From the sequence record NC_016163.1: DNA of 64,000 nt. The stretch is one strand, 5' to 3'. The first letter of the stretch is position 1. Every line of letters starts with the position of its first letter. Position numbers and translations under genes: made by a program. This document shows, piece by piece, positions 47,567 to 57,451 of the stretch. A model generated the notes under the pieces. That model was given only the letters and a program-made list of their open reading frames with translations. It did not search any database and was not told the origin of the DNA.

Positions 47567-48997
47567 ATGGCTGATGTATTCATAAAGAATATACCTTTAA
47601 CTTTCCTGAAGGAACAAGGAAGTTCCTTTTTTGAAAGCGATAGGTATAAAAATGCAGTAAATCTTTTCAATAAAATTAAAGAATCTTCATCATCTGAGCC
47701 AGGTGATGAAGAACCTACTTCGATTTTACCTTTTAGCTACATGGAAGATGTATTAGTTAAAAGATTTAATGATGAAGAAATTACAGATATTACTATGGAA
47801 GATCAACAAAACCGAGTAATAGCTGTACTTTATGGAATTTATGATACTAAACCTATCGAAACAGTTCCTAAAATCAATATAACGAAATGTACTTCTTCTC
47901 TTCCAGATATGTCTTATTATCTAGAACCATATTATGGTCAAGAGATACTTAAAAGAGCTAGAAATACATATAATGGGTTAACTCATAATGATATTTCAGT
48001 AGATAGTTCTCTACTCCCTCCTGAAAAAACAAATGATCCTGTTAAAGATGTTGCTACCAAATCTACTTATTATGATGGAATTCTCCATCCAGATATGTAC
48101 GATGATAAAAAGTATACTCAGTATATTCTGTCATCAATAGCTGGAGGTACTAATATTTCTATAAGTAGTGGTGATACTATAGACCTTTATAGAAATAAAG
48201 TATATAATAAGTATTATTTTAATGACAATGTTTTACTTGCATCCATAGAAGATTTAAAAACTAGACTCGTAGATAAGTTTTTAGTGGCTATAGGTAAATC
48301 AACTTATATTAGTAATGAGGAAGTTGCATATTCCCATTCTACGTTCCAAGCAGATGTTACGAATAATATAAAACGATTATTCAGTAGAAAGACTCTTCCA
48401 GGAAGATTAAGTACATACTTCTTTGAACAAAATGAGTTGTTAGCTAAATGGGAAATATCTCATGGATTAGGAATTTCTAATTATAGATTATTTGTATATG
48501 AAAGAACTAGTTCAGGGTATACGTATTTAAATGAGTTTACGACTTCAAATAAAACATCTGAAAGTTTTGATATAACCTTTAATGTTGCCAAAGAAGGTTT
48601 AGCTGTATTGGTATTCGATACATATAGTGAAACTAATATCAATTCTATAAACTTTAGACAATATATTGATATAACTAATGGCGACCTTGATAGCACTAGT
48701 TATTATAAATATGAAAATGGTATTCATAAATATTATATTGATGGAATATCTGTAAGACTTTGTGGATTTGAAATTTATGATATTTCAAATAATCTTCTAA
48801 AGAATGATGAATTCACATTACAAATAATTCCAGATACTGATGAATTATGGATTACTACTGATAAAGTGCTTAGTGATACATCATTAATTTACTTACATGG
48901 TGCCAAAAATTGTACTGGTTCGAATACAATTAAAGTAGATAGTATTGAAGATATCTATTCTGTACAAGAAATAATTAACCGTTATAAGGTGGTATAA
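47567..48997 (+). CDS. hypothetical late (structural?) protein
   Basis: 476 aa in a late operon. Confidence 0.8.
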   Translation: MADVFIKNIPLTFLKEQGSSFFESDRYKNAVNLFNKIKESSSSEPGDEEPTSILPFSYMEDVLVKRFNDEEITDITMEDQQNRVIAVLYGIYDTKPIETVPKINITKCTSSLPDMSYYLEPYYGQEILKRARNTYNGLTHNDISVDSSLLPPEKTNDPVKDVATKSTYYDGILHPDMYDDKKYTQYILSSIAGGTNISISSGDTIDLYRNKVYNKYYFNDNVLLASIEDLKTRLVDKFLVAIGKSTYISNEEVAYSHSTFQADVTNNIKRLFSRKTLPGRLSTYFFEQNELLAKWEISHGLGISNYRLFVYERTSSGYTYLNEFTTSNKTSESFDITFNVAKEGLAVLVFDTYSETNINSINFRQYIDITNGDLDSTSYYKYENGIHKYYIDGISVRLCGFEIYDISNNLLKNDEFTLQIIPDTDELWITTDKVLSDTSLIYLHGAKNCTGSNTIKVDSIEDIYSVQEIINRYKVV

Positions 48998-49257
48998 TGG
49001 AAAGTACTGAAAGGCTATCGTATCTAGATAACCGACAACTAAATGAATCGGTTAAACGAATTGTTACAACTGCTGTAGAAAATTATGTAAAAGTACAGCA
49101 AAGTAATGCTGATTCAAATAGTAATGTAACTGATAGGGCTATTGAGGCTTTAAAAAATCAATTATTCTTAAAATTTACTGGAATAGACTATGAACTCCTT
49201 TTCCAATCAGTTTATTTAGATAGAAAATTGAATGGAGGTTTTACTATTTATGAGTAA
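48997..49257 (+). CDS. hypothetical protein
   Basis: TAATG coupling to the previous gene. Confidence 0.7.
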   Translation: MESTERLSYLDNRQLNESVKRIVTTAVENYVKVQQSNADSNSNVTDRAIEALKNQLFLKFTGIDYELLFQSVYLDRKLNGGFTIYE

Positions 49258-50344
49258 GCCATGTAGTCTTAACTGTTATGGAAATACTAAAGAGGATGTG
49301 GTAAATTCATTAAAAGAAAATCTACCAATGAATCTTTTAAATTTCCTATTAGGTCTATTAAATTGCGCCAATAATAACACATTAAAAAATGCCTTTGGTA
49401 ATTGGAACGGCTTAAATATCTTTGCTATGCAAAAGTTAGTAGATGATATTAATGATGTTAATAACGGTGGTGGTAGGTATGATATATCAGATTATAATAA
49501 TATCCCTGACAATATTTACAATAATCTGATAAATGATTATAATGATCTTCTGTGTAGAGGTCAAGGTGGCGGTCTTATTGATATAGATGATAAATATAAT
49601 GGTAATGGTGACGGTAGTTATGTTAGACCTCTCTTCCCAGATGGTCTAACTGATGCCGACAAAGACCTTATAATTGATCATTTAAATAATAATAACAATG
49701 GTAATGATAATATTAATAATGGTGAAAATAACTTAGTTATCGTTCCCCCTGATTATACAGATGGGAGCGGTACAGGTTCAGGTTCAACTAATGATGATAT
49801 TTTTGGTGAGTCAGGCAATCCTATTTATAATATACCTAATTATGAATTCGATAATGGTATAGATATAAATAAAAGTGTATTTAAATGCTTTGAACCAGTT
49901 TTTAAACTAGATAACTACATCTATTCTAATTCAGAAAAACTATTCATAACTCCTACTAAAGTAGCCAATATCAAGCGCGTTCACAATGAAATTTTACTAC
50001 CTTTATATAATTTCTACTATGGTAATACGACAGCCCCTTCCTGTCAGATTAAAGTGTTCTTTGGTATAGGAAGTCGCTCAGAAATTAACAGCGTAGCTGC
50101 AGGTAGTAGCTTTAGCCGTCATAGTAGAGGTGAAGCAGTTGACTTTACAATGGTTGGTATAGATTATAAGAAATTTCTTAGTGATTTGAAGAGTGGTTCA
50201 TTAAATCTTAATTTCGGTATTCTTATTCCAAGTAACGGAATACATATGACTTTACCTTATACTTATGAGGGTTATACTATACAGAATACTGTAATAAACT
50301 CCCCAAGTAAATCTGCTAATAGTCTTTCAATAGAATACCTATAA
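49250..50344 (+). CDS. protein with an N/D-rich linker and a C-terminal peptidase-M15-like domain
   Basis: SRHSRGEAVDF...GIHM mirrors the M15 H..D..H zinc motif; start moved to the ATG after GGAGG. Confidence 0.65.
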   Translation: MSKPCSLNCYGNTKEDVVNSLKENLPMNLLNFLLGLLNCANNNTLKNAFGNWNGLNIFAMQKLVDDINDVNNGGGRYDISDYNNIPDNIYNNLINDYNDLLCRGQGGGLIDIDDKYNGNGDGSYVRPLFPDGLTDADKDLIIDHLNNNNNGNDNINNGENNLVIVPPDYTDGSGTGSGSTNDDIFGESGNPIYNIPNYEFDNGIDINKSVFKCFEPVFKLDNYIYSNSEKLFITPTKVANIKRVHNEILLPLYNFYYGNTTAPSCQIKVFFGIGSRSEINSVAAGSSFSRHSRGEAVDFTMVGIDYKKFLSDLKSGSLNLNFGILIPSNGIHMTLPYTYEGYTIQNTVINSPSKSANSLSIEYL

Positions 50345-50399
50345 AAAATAACTAGTTGAACCTCTTTTTAGAAATCAATTCACCTCAGAAGGTCTTACA

Positions 50400-51002
50400 A
50401 TGTTGGACGAAAGCTTACTTGAGAGTGAAGATAATAAAAAGCTTTCCGAACAGATCCTACTGTTTAGAAAAACCTTATCTTCTCTCATCAACAGAGATAA
50501 CTTAGTAGTAATTATTCGTGAATTAGTAGAAGAATCACCATACCTTTCTTTCACTTCTAAACGAGCAGCTAAATTTATTGATAAGATCAGACCATCTGTG
50601 TCTGTAAACTTTGATCTAGAATTAGCTGAGAAAAATTTTCCTAAGAAGGTTTTTCGATTGGCAGGAAAAGAGACTCTTCTAAAAGAAGTTCTTACTAACC
50701 GTCAGCGTTTAATTCACGATGAAATAGCCTTCCCTCTTTCCAGAGCATTAGGTGTAATCCTAGCCCGTGTGTCTAAAAAGAAAGAAGCTGAAGAAGAAAG
50801 ATACATCCAAATTGCAGATCGTCTTATTGAAGGTCTGGATATGGAAGGTATTGAGAATCGTATTTCAGATGTAATCAAAGAAGATCCAGAAATGGGAGAT
50901 CTAATGTTCTCCTTCATGAATCTTTCGGCATGTATGTTCCCTACTTACGAGGGTGCAGATGTTGATGAAGATCTAGAAGTATTATTCTCTTATATGATTT
51001 AA
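50400..51002 (+). CDS. hypothetical protein
   Basis: 200 aa; terminator at 51007-51037. Confidence 0.8.
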   Translation: MLDESLLESEDNKKLSEQILLFRKTLSSLINRDNLVVIIRELVEESPYLSFTSKRAAKFIDKIRPSVSVNFDLELAEKNFPKKVFRLAGKETLLKEVLTNRQRLIHDEIAFPLSRALGVILARVSKKKEAEEERYIQIADRLIEGLDMEGIENRISDVIKEDPEMGDLMFSFMNLSACMFPTYEGADVDEDLEVLFSYMI

Positions 51003-51123
51003 TTTTTCCCCTATAGTCTATCAAGGCTATAGGGGAATTTTAACTTTCTCATCAAGGATATATTATCTTTGTGATCAAATGTGAGGGCGGTCGGGTAGGT
51101 AAATTTTTTTAAAGGGCTTTTTA

Positions 51124-51738
51124 ATGAAACAAAGTATACTTAATGTAATTGAAAAATCACCATCACTTTTTTTAATGTCTATTGAAGATTTAATGAATAT
51201 CGAAATTAGCTCTAGTGAATTAAATATAATTAGGAGAGCTTTATTGAATATTCATGTTAGCGAAAGAGAACTTCTTTCGGTAAGTACAAATTTGGTAACT
51301 GAAAAGCTTATTGAAGTTATAAAGAACTATGATAGTCATTTTTATACTGAAACCATTATATTTATTTCTATCGGATTAACTATGTTACACTCCCTAAAGT
51401 ATAATGATTTCTTATTATCCTTGGCAGTATCATACTCTAAAGTTACGAATGACCGTATAAAACCAAAAAAGGTTACTAACCTTATAAAAGAATTTGCACC
51501 TGCGGAGTTATTCCTTTCATTTACAAGAGACATTAAGTTGTCTCCTAGCCAAAGAAGTATACTAGGATTTATTCATAATAATATGCTTTTTAGAGTTTCG
51601 CAATCAGAAATGTCTTATATAGCTTCCCTACCAGATATTAATAATCTTTTGAACACTCGAATTAGTAAACTCACTAAAATTATTCCATTAGAAGATATAC
51701 TTAAAATTCAAAACGAGGTAAAAAACAATGCAAACTAA
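51124..51738 (+). CDS. hypothetical early protein
   Basis: Early motif at 51058; G-rich leader. Confidence 0.8.
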   Translation: MKQSILNVIEKSPSLFLMSIEDLMNIEISSSELNIIRRALLNIHVSERELLSVSTNLVTEKLIEVIKNYDSHFYTETIIFISIGLTMLHSLKYNDFLLSLAVSYSKVTNDRIKPKKVTNLIKEFAPAELFLSFTRDIKLSPSQRSILGFIHNNMLFRVSQSEMSYIASLPDINNLLNTRISKLTKIIPLEDILKIQNEVKNNAN

Positions 51739-52423
51739 TAAATATACTGCTTTGTGTGAAGGTCTTTCCCTCCCACCAAAAGTATTTAAAACACTATATA
51801 ATACCGAAGAAATTGAAGCAGTATTATCTCTCTTTGATAGAGTAGGATATGATGAGGAAGGTAATATTGGTTATGATGAAGATGATTTTACTGATTTAGA
51901 ATTAGATATCTTAAATGGTATAAGAGCTAAAGAGAATCAATTTGGTATAGTGGCTAATATGATTGAGGCTACCATTACTTGCTTCTTAGGTATTATGATG
52001 ACTGATAAAGATTTCATTAAAAATCTAGCCGAAGTCATTGAACCCGCTTTAATTGATACCGACAAACGTTCTGTTAAACAGATCTCTACTAGTATTGATA
52101 GGTTATTTACATTATTCTCTTTCAGAGAATTAACTATGTCTCCGCCATCATATTCTAAAGTGCTAAGTAATATTGGTAGTGATATGGATACTGTAAAAAT
52201 ATTAGATATCATTAATCATATGGAATTAGCTTTAGGTGAAGATATCCACGATATTATGAATTCTTTTGCTGGATTTACTTTATTCATTGAAACGGTTATT
52301 CCAGAAGCTATAATTGATCCAGTTACAAATCATGGCATTTTCCGTTCAGAACTCTTAGATGAAGTTGATGTTGAAGAGATTATGGGTGCTGATGATTCCT
52401 CTTCAGGTGAAACAATTCATTAA
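51728..52423 (+). CDS. hypothetical acidic protein
   Basis: GAGGT SD; overlaps the previous gene. Confidence 0.8.
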   Translation: MQTNKYTALCEGLSLPPKVFKTLYNTEEIEAVLSLFDRVGYDEEGNIGYDEDDFTDLELDILNGIRAKENQFGIVANMIEATITCFLGIMMTDKDFIKNLAEVIEPALIDTDKRSVKQISTSIDRLFTLFSFRELTMSPPSYSKVLSNIGSDMDTVKILDIINHMELALGEDIHDIMNSFAGFTLFIETVIPEAIIDPVTNHGIFRSELLDEVDVEEIMGADDSSSGETIH

Positions 52424-52511
52424 AAAATATAACTTCCCTATCATTGATATATTATTTTAATGTGAAATTTTGTGGAGGTAGGGTAGGTTAATTTTTTATA
52501 AGGAAGAGCCA

Positions 52512-53009
52512 ATGGCATTCACTACTAACATGTATAAAGTTAAATTTTTTAAGAAAGATTTAGCTTATCAAAAAGAAATAATCTATCACACTTATTATCC
52601 TTTCCGTGATGAGACTTTAAATCCTTATCCTGTTTGGTTGGTAGACTATTTTGCTTTTTATGGGTTATTCTATTATTTAAATATAGTGATTAATCCAAAA
52701 GATTTAATGCGTATCCATAATACAGAAATTGAATTTCATCTGATAAATTCTTTCAAAGAAGTTCCTGCTTTTGTAAGTAGTAATTTTCATTCTAAAGATG
52801 TGGATTATATTAGAGACTCAATAATTTCTTTATTGCATCATTATAAAATAAAATTTGTAATGATTGCACTTGATAAGAATATACCTCTTCCTTCAGCAGT
52901 AATTCATCATTGTGTGAATATGGAAGAGACAATTCGTAAATCCGGTGTAGAAGCATTTATTCCCCATCCAAAATTTAATCTATTTAGACTTTATGATAGA
53001 TTGATGTAA
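52512..53009 (+). CDS. hypothetical early protein
   Basis: Early motif at 52447; G-rich leader. Confidence 0.8.
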   Translation: MAFTTNMYKVKFFKKDLAYQKEIIYHTYYPFRDETLNPYPVWLVDYFAFYGLFYYLNIVINPKDLMRIHNTEIEFHLINSFKEVPAFVSSNFHSKDVDYIRDSIISLLHHYKIKFVMIALDKNIPLPSAVIHHCVNMEETIRKSGVEAFIPHPKFNLFRLYDRLM

Positions 53010-53054
53010 TAAAACCCCTATATCCCCTTTTGAGGGATATAGGGTATTTTTTTT

Positions 53055-53420
53055 TTAGCCGCCAGCACCTTCAAGTGCAGCAATTCTAGCAGCCAGAGGA
53101 TCTGTAGCCGCTTTAATAGCAGCATTCATTGCCTCGGTAGTAACGCCACCACCTGAACCGCCAGCCGCAGCTGCGAAATCAGTAGTGAATTTACCTTCAC
53201 TGTTAGGGGCACGAGTTTTCTGAACAACTGCGCCAGCATCTACATAAACGATAGTCTGAGTAGAAGCAGTAGAAGATTTAGCGAGAACCGGAGTTCTGGT
53301 AGTGATCAGAGTTACCTGAGTATCTGCAGCATTGGCTACCAATGCAGACAGTTTTACGATGTTATAAGAAACACCTTCAGGGAAAAACTTAAGATCATTC
53401 AGTTTTGGATTGAGAGCCAT
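53055..53420 (-). CDS. small late structural protein with a Gly linker and a C-terminal coiled coil
   Basis: LAARIAALE heptads, strongly biased codons, late promoter at 53473-84. Confidence 0.7.
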   Translation of the reverse strand: MALNPKLNDLKFFPEGVSYNIVKLSALVANAADTQVTLITTRTPVLAKSSTASTQTIVYVDAGAVVQKTRAPNSEGKFTTDFAAAAGGSGGGVTTEAMNAAIKAATDPLAARIAALEGAGG

Positions 53421-53554
53421 TTTTATTCCTTAAATTTTCTATATAGAAATATCTCTAGCCTAAACTATAGACTATTAGTGTGTTTATAAATCATAATACT
53501 TTTTATTAGAAAAAATAATAACACGGTATTAGTTACTAAAAGGTTAAAATAAAA

Positions 53555-54064
53555 ATGAAACTGGTACACACAAAGAAATTTGGTAGGCGTACTATTGTTA
53601 TAATTCCTATTTGCTTAGGTGTTGCATTAACATTTTATGGAATCATTCCAATATTTGTTATAATGCATCAGACTTTTAGATTTTCTTTTGTGTTTATCCC
53701 CATAATGTTTATCAAAGTTAAAGATAAAACTGAGCTTCCATTTGAACTAGTAACCCACGAATGTGTACATATTTCTCAATTCTTTAGCACATTTGGTTTA
53801 TTTTGTTTTTTATACTCATTCTCTGAAAAAAGAAGATTAGCATTTGAAATAGAAGCATACACAGAGCAATTGTTCTTGCTGATTGGTGATGAAAGAAAAA
53901 TATTCAGGTTAATGACAAATCATCCAGAATATATGATAGGTATAATAGAATCAGCAATATTCTCATCAAACGTATATAAGCTACAATCTAACTATGAATC
54001 TCGATTTATAAGAAATAAAATTGCATACTTTATTGAAAAGAAGTACTACCAAATTTTTTACTAA
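53555..54064 (+). CDS. membrane-associated HExxH zinc-metallopeptidase-like protein
   Basis: Hydrophobic segments, THECVHISQ, FEIEAY; late promoter at 53520; terminator at 54071-54100. Confidence 0.65.
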   Translation: MKLVHTKKFGRRTIVIIPICLGVALTFYGIIPIFVIMHQTFRFSFVFIPIMFIKVKDKTELPFELVTHECVHISQFFSTFGLFCFLYSFSEKRRLAFEIEAYTEQLFLLIGDERKIFRLMTNHPEYMIGIIESAIFSSNVYKLQSNYESRFIRNKIAYFIEKKYYQIFY

Positions 54065-54168
54065 ACTATTACCCATATCTCTCTATTGAGGGATATGGGT
54101 AAATTTATAAATTTTTTTATTAATATATTATTAAAATGATCTCATAACAATAGTAGGATTGTAATAAA

Positions 54169-56241
54169 ATGGCTAAGAAAATTCACTTTACTAAAAACTA
54201 TCCAATTCTTAAAAAATCTATTGGTACGGCTATTGATATCTTGAAGAAAGATGTTCGAGAAAGCATCCAATACGATCATTTTAATGATCGCCTTAAATTA
54301 ATGGGTATTGACAAATATCAGTTAGTGCGTACTATTTATCATGCTGCTAAAGCAGCTTATCACTCCAAGGGTGAAATCAAAGATATCATTATCGGGAATG
54401 ATATTAACACTGAAACCCTTAAAACTTTCTTAACACAAGCTTTAGCTGCTTCTTCAAATGGTATTATTGATAATATAACCATTAATTCTTTTGGTAAGCA
54501 TAAAGTATCTCTTCAGAATGAGAAACAAATTCGTAAAGAATTAGATAAGCTCAATGGTCGTAAAGATAGTTTAGAAGTTCTTGTAAAAGACTTTAAATTA
54601 GGTCTTACTGTTCCTAAAAATAGTGATAAAGCCACAGATGACAAACGTCAATTTATATTTAAATCACTAGTACAAGAAATCTTATTAGGCTCTATTGTAG
54701 TTCAAAACTATCGTCGAAATCTTAATGCGGAAAATATTTTCTATGATCCGAATGTAATGGCATTTGGTACAAGCCTCATTCGTCTCTCTGAAAAAGATTG
54801 GCGGGGAAATACCTCTGAATTTCGTTTTAGCAATTATATCCACGAATATGATGAGTTTAAAGATACTACATACCGTCTTTATGAAGAAGGTTATAATCAT
54901 ATCCGTTATGCTGACGTTAGTAAATTCTTTGATAACATTAGTCATGATTTAGTTGTTGATGCATTGTGGGTAGGATTTAATACATTTAACTATAGTGATG
55001 AAGTTTTAGAGAAAGCTAAGTTCCGTACATTTGTAAAATCATTACTGAATGTAAATGGGCGTGATTCCGGTCTTACTATTGAATCACACTTCCAGCATTT
55101 GATTGCTAAGATTATTATTGAATATATGTTTAAAGATTTCTCTACAAGAATTAAACGTAATTCATATCGTAATGTCGATGATTTTAAAATCCTATTCTAT
55201 GTAGATGACATTATCATACTGACGAAAGCGGAATGGGATGCTAACAGAGTTCTTGATGGTGTAAATGAAATTCTTGAAGAAAATGGTTTTAAACTTAATG
55301 AAGCTAAATCTTCATTTATCTCTAGTAAAGCTAAACGTAAAAAAACTGATAAAAATTCCACTACTTTCGAAGACTTAAAAACCTTAGTACGTCTTCCAGG
55401 AACCCATTATTTTGATATCGATGAATTAGAATTATCGCTTGAGTATGGCGGTGATTCTGTAGAACTTTATCGGAATTCAATGGAGCAAATTCATAAACTG
55501 TCTCATTATTTTAATGAAAAAGGTGAATTACTGGTTGAAACAGATATCGTTAGCTTCTTAAAAGATCTTGATGAAACTGGTGCGTCTGGATATCATAGTG
55601 ATCGATTCCTATCACAGATCGTTAAATGCTGCATGTATACAGCCCGTGATCAATATCTTTCATTATTGTATAAAGAAGATGCAAATATTTATATTGAGAA
55701 TCTTAAAAATAAAGGATTTGAAGAAAGAATTTTTGCTGAAAAAGAATATCCATATGTAATGAATACATATCTCCGTAATAAATTTAAACTACGAGATATC
55801 ATGTTCCTTTACAAAAATAAAGATAAATTTGTCTTTAGTGAAACTAAAGTAGAATTCTACATGAATGCCATCAAAGTAAGAAATGACGAAGAGATTCTTA
55901 ATGCTCTACAATATTTCTATCTTACCAAACTTCATGATGCTAATATGTTGGCTAATTTAGTTCAGTTGGTATTGGAGAATTATCCTAGTAAAATTAAGTT
56001 CCTTGCAGCAATCGTTAAACGCAAACTTGCTGAAATGAATGGTCTTAATTATACCACTACTAAGTTAGAATTTACTGACGTGTATAATAAATTTATGATG
56101 CAACACTTTGCGGTAAATTACCAAACTCAGCTTAAATCGTACTTGATTCAACCCCCTTCAGCTCGTACTAATGATGCTATGTTCTTCTTTACATATCGTA
56201 TGTTTAAGAATGTAGTTAACTTAGTAACGATTACTGAATAA
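54169..56241 (+). CDS. reverse transcriptase (690 aa) with an N-terminal extension and a long helical C-terminal region
   Basis: RT motifs in order: VPK..KR, ADVSKFFDNISH (D249), GLTIESH..LIA, FYVDDIII (YVDD at 55198-55209), LEENGFKLNEAKS. Confidence 0.92.
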   Translation: MAKKIHFTKNYPILKKSIGTAIDILKKDVRESIQYDHFNDRLKLMGIDKYQLVRTIYHAAKAAYHSKGEIKDIIIGNDINTETLKTFLTQALAASSNGIIDNITINSFGKHKVSLQNEKQIRKELDKLNGRKDSLEVLVKDFKLGLTVPKNSDKATDDKRQFIFKSLVQEILLGSIVVQNYRRNLNAENIFYDPNVMAFGTSLIRLSEKDWRGNTSEFRFSNYIHEYDEFKDTTYRLYEEGYNHIRYADVSKFFDNISHDLVVDALWVGFNTFNYSDEVLEKAKFRTFVKSLLNVNGRDSGLTIESHFQHLIAKIIIEYMFKDFSTRIKRNSYRNVDDFKILFYVDDIIILTKAEWDANRVLDGVNEILEENGFKLNEAKSSFISSKAKRKKTDKNSTTFEDLKTLVRLPGTHYFDIDELELSLEYGGDSVELYRNSMEQIHKLSHYFNEKGELLVETDIVSFLKDLDETGASGYHSDRFLSQIVKCCMYTARDQYLSLLYKEDANIYIENLKNKGFEERIFAEKEYPYVMNTYLRNKFKLRDIMFLYKNKDKFVFSETKVEFYMNAIKVRNDEEILNALQYFYLTKLHDANMLANLVQLVLENYPSKIKFLAAIVKRKLAEMNGLNYTTTKLEFTDVYNKFMMQHFAVNYQTQLKSYLIQPPSARTNDAMFFFTYRMFKNVVNLVTITE

Positions 56242-56244
56242 TTA

Positions 56245-56275
56245 AAATAGCGGGGAAACCCGCTATTTTTTTATC
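56245..56275 (+). terminator. strong intrinsic terminator after the RT
   Basis: aaaatagcggg-gaaa-cccgctatttt followed by a T run. Confidence 0.9.
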
Positions 56276-56336
56276 CATTTTTAAAAAATTTGATTTATAG
56301 AACAATTCATTACATAAATCAAATGAGGTTTATCTG

Positions 56337-56996
56337 ATGGCTAAAGCACCAGTAATGAAAACCATTAAGATGAAAGAGCTAAAGCTCTTAAATGATCCAG
56401 AGTATGCTACTTTCAACATGTTTAATGGCATTGACCATTCTACATTCAAAGATTTTTCTAAATTTTTAGAAGATATTATTACTAAAAATAGAGAAATTGA
56501 TGAAAAAGAAAGAAATCATAAAGCTAAAATGGCTTTTGATAAGAAAAATGACCCTAAAGCTAAAGCTGAATATCTTCCATCAGAGACTAAGATTAAACGA
56601 ATTAATCTGAATATTAATAGTCATGGAGGATACGTTAGTGTAATGCACAATATTGTGATGCTTATGGAAACTTCACCAATTCCTATTGACACATATTGTT
56701 TTGCAGATGCACAAAGCGCTGGTTTCTATATTTTTATTCATGGAAAACAGAGATATCTTGGTAAATTCGCTATGCCTATGAGCCATAGTATGTTTGCTTG
56801 GAATATTGGTACAGTTCCAGCTATAGCTAGATATACTGAAACACTGGTAGCCACAAATAAAGGTATCCAGGATGTTATTGCTAAGAAGACTAAAATTCCT
56901 AAAAAATTCTTAGTTGAAAAAGAAGATGTTGATGTCTTCTTTACAATAGAAGAATGTGTTAAATATAAAATAACTGACTTTGTCGTAGAGGACTGA
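56337..56996 (+). CDS. clpP: ClpP-like serine protease
   Basis: INSHGG.V, TYCFADAQSAG (catalytic Ser), R......MSH (His); late promoter at 56301. Confidence 0.88.
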   Translation: MAKAPVMKTIKMKELKLLNDPEYATFNMFNGIDHSTFKDFSKFLEDIITKNREIDEKERNHKAKMAFDKKNDPKAKAEYLPSETKIKRINLNINSHGGYVSVMHNIVMLMETSPIPIDTYCFADAQSAGFYIFIHGKQRYLGKFAMPMSHSMFAWNIGTVPAIARYTETLVATNKGIQDVIAKKTKIPKKFLVEKEDVDVFFTIEECVKYKITDFVVED

Positions 56997-56997
56997 T

Positions 56998-57396
56998 ATG
57001 TCTAGCGTTAAGATTACACCTGTAGATAATACTACTTTTCGTATGAATTCTAAATTACCACATGGTAGTATTATGCTTACCAATGAAGGTATCCGTCTAA
57101 GTGAAAAACTTGGTAAAACTATTTATAATAATCTAAAAGGCGTAGCAAAGAAATCAAGTAAAATCTTAGCTGGACTAAGTTTAGATGATTCAGGTAGTTT
57201 TGTAGTAAGGTTTAAAGATGTCATTGAAAAAGAAGGTTTCACAATTCGCCGTGATTTTAATTTGTATCCTTGTCTTATTAATCTCAATCGTGATGAGTTA
57301 TTTGGACTTTACGATATAATTGGCGGTCTTGAACTGGAAGTAGCTAGTATTGATTTCAATGAAGATAAAGAATTCATTGGATTTACCGTAGTGTAA
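56998..57396 (+). CDS. hypothetical protein
   Basis: GAGGA SD; followed by the bidirectional hairpin at 57404-57433. Confidence 0.8.
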   Translation: MSSVKITPVDNTTFRMNSKLPHGSIMLTNEGIRLSEKLGKTIYNNLKGVAKKSSKILAGLSLDDSGSFVVRFKDVIEKEGFTIRRDFNLYPCLINLNRDELFGLYDIIGGLELEVASIDFNEDKEFIGFTVV

Positions 57397-57451
57397 TAAA
57401 ACTCCCTATATCCCTCTTTCGGGGATATAGGGGTTTATTTACTTTTTTTTT

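Noticed and set aside
48917-48925. GGTTCGAAT, resembling a tRNA T-loop
   Set aside because: Inside a CDS with no cloverleaf; no tRNA found in the window
53420-56336. Retron msr-msd, repeat array, DGR TR/VR or group II intron next to the RT
   Set aside because: The flanking spacers are about 100 nt and filled by terminators and promoters; I found no repeated units, duplicated TR/VR segment or intron domain V by eye. A computational repeat search could still find degenerate repeats.
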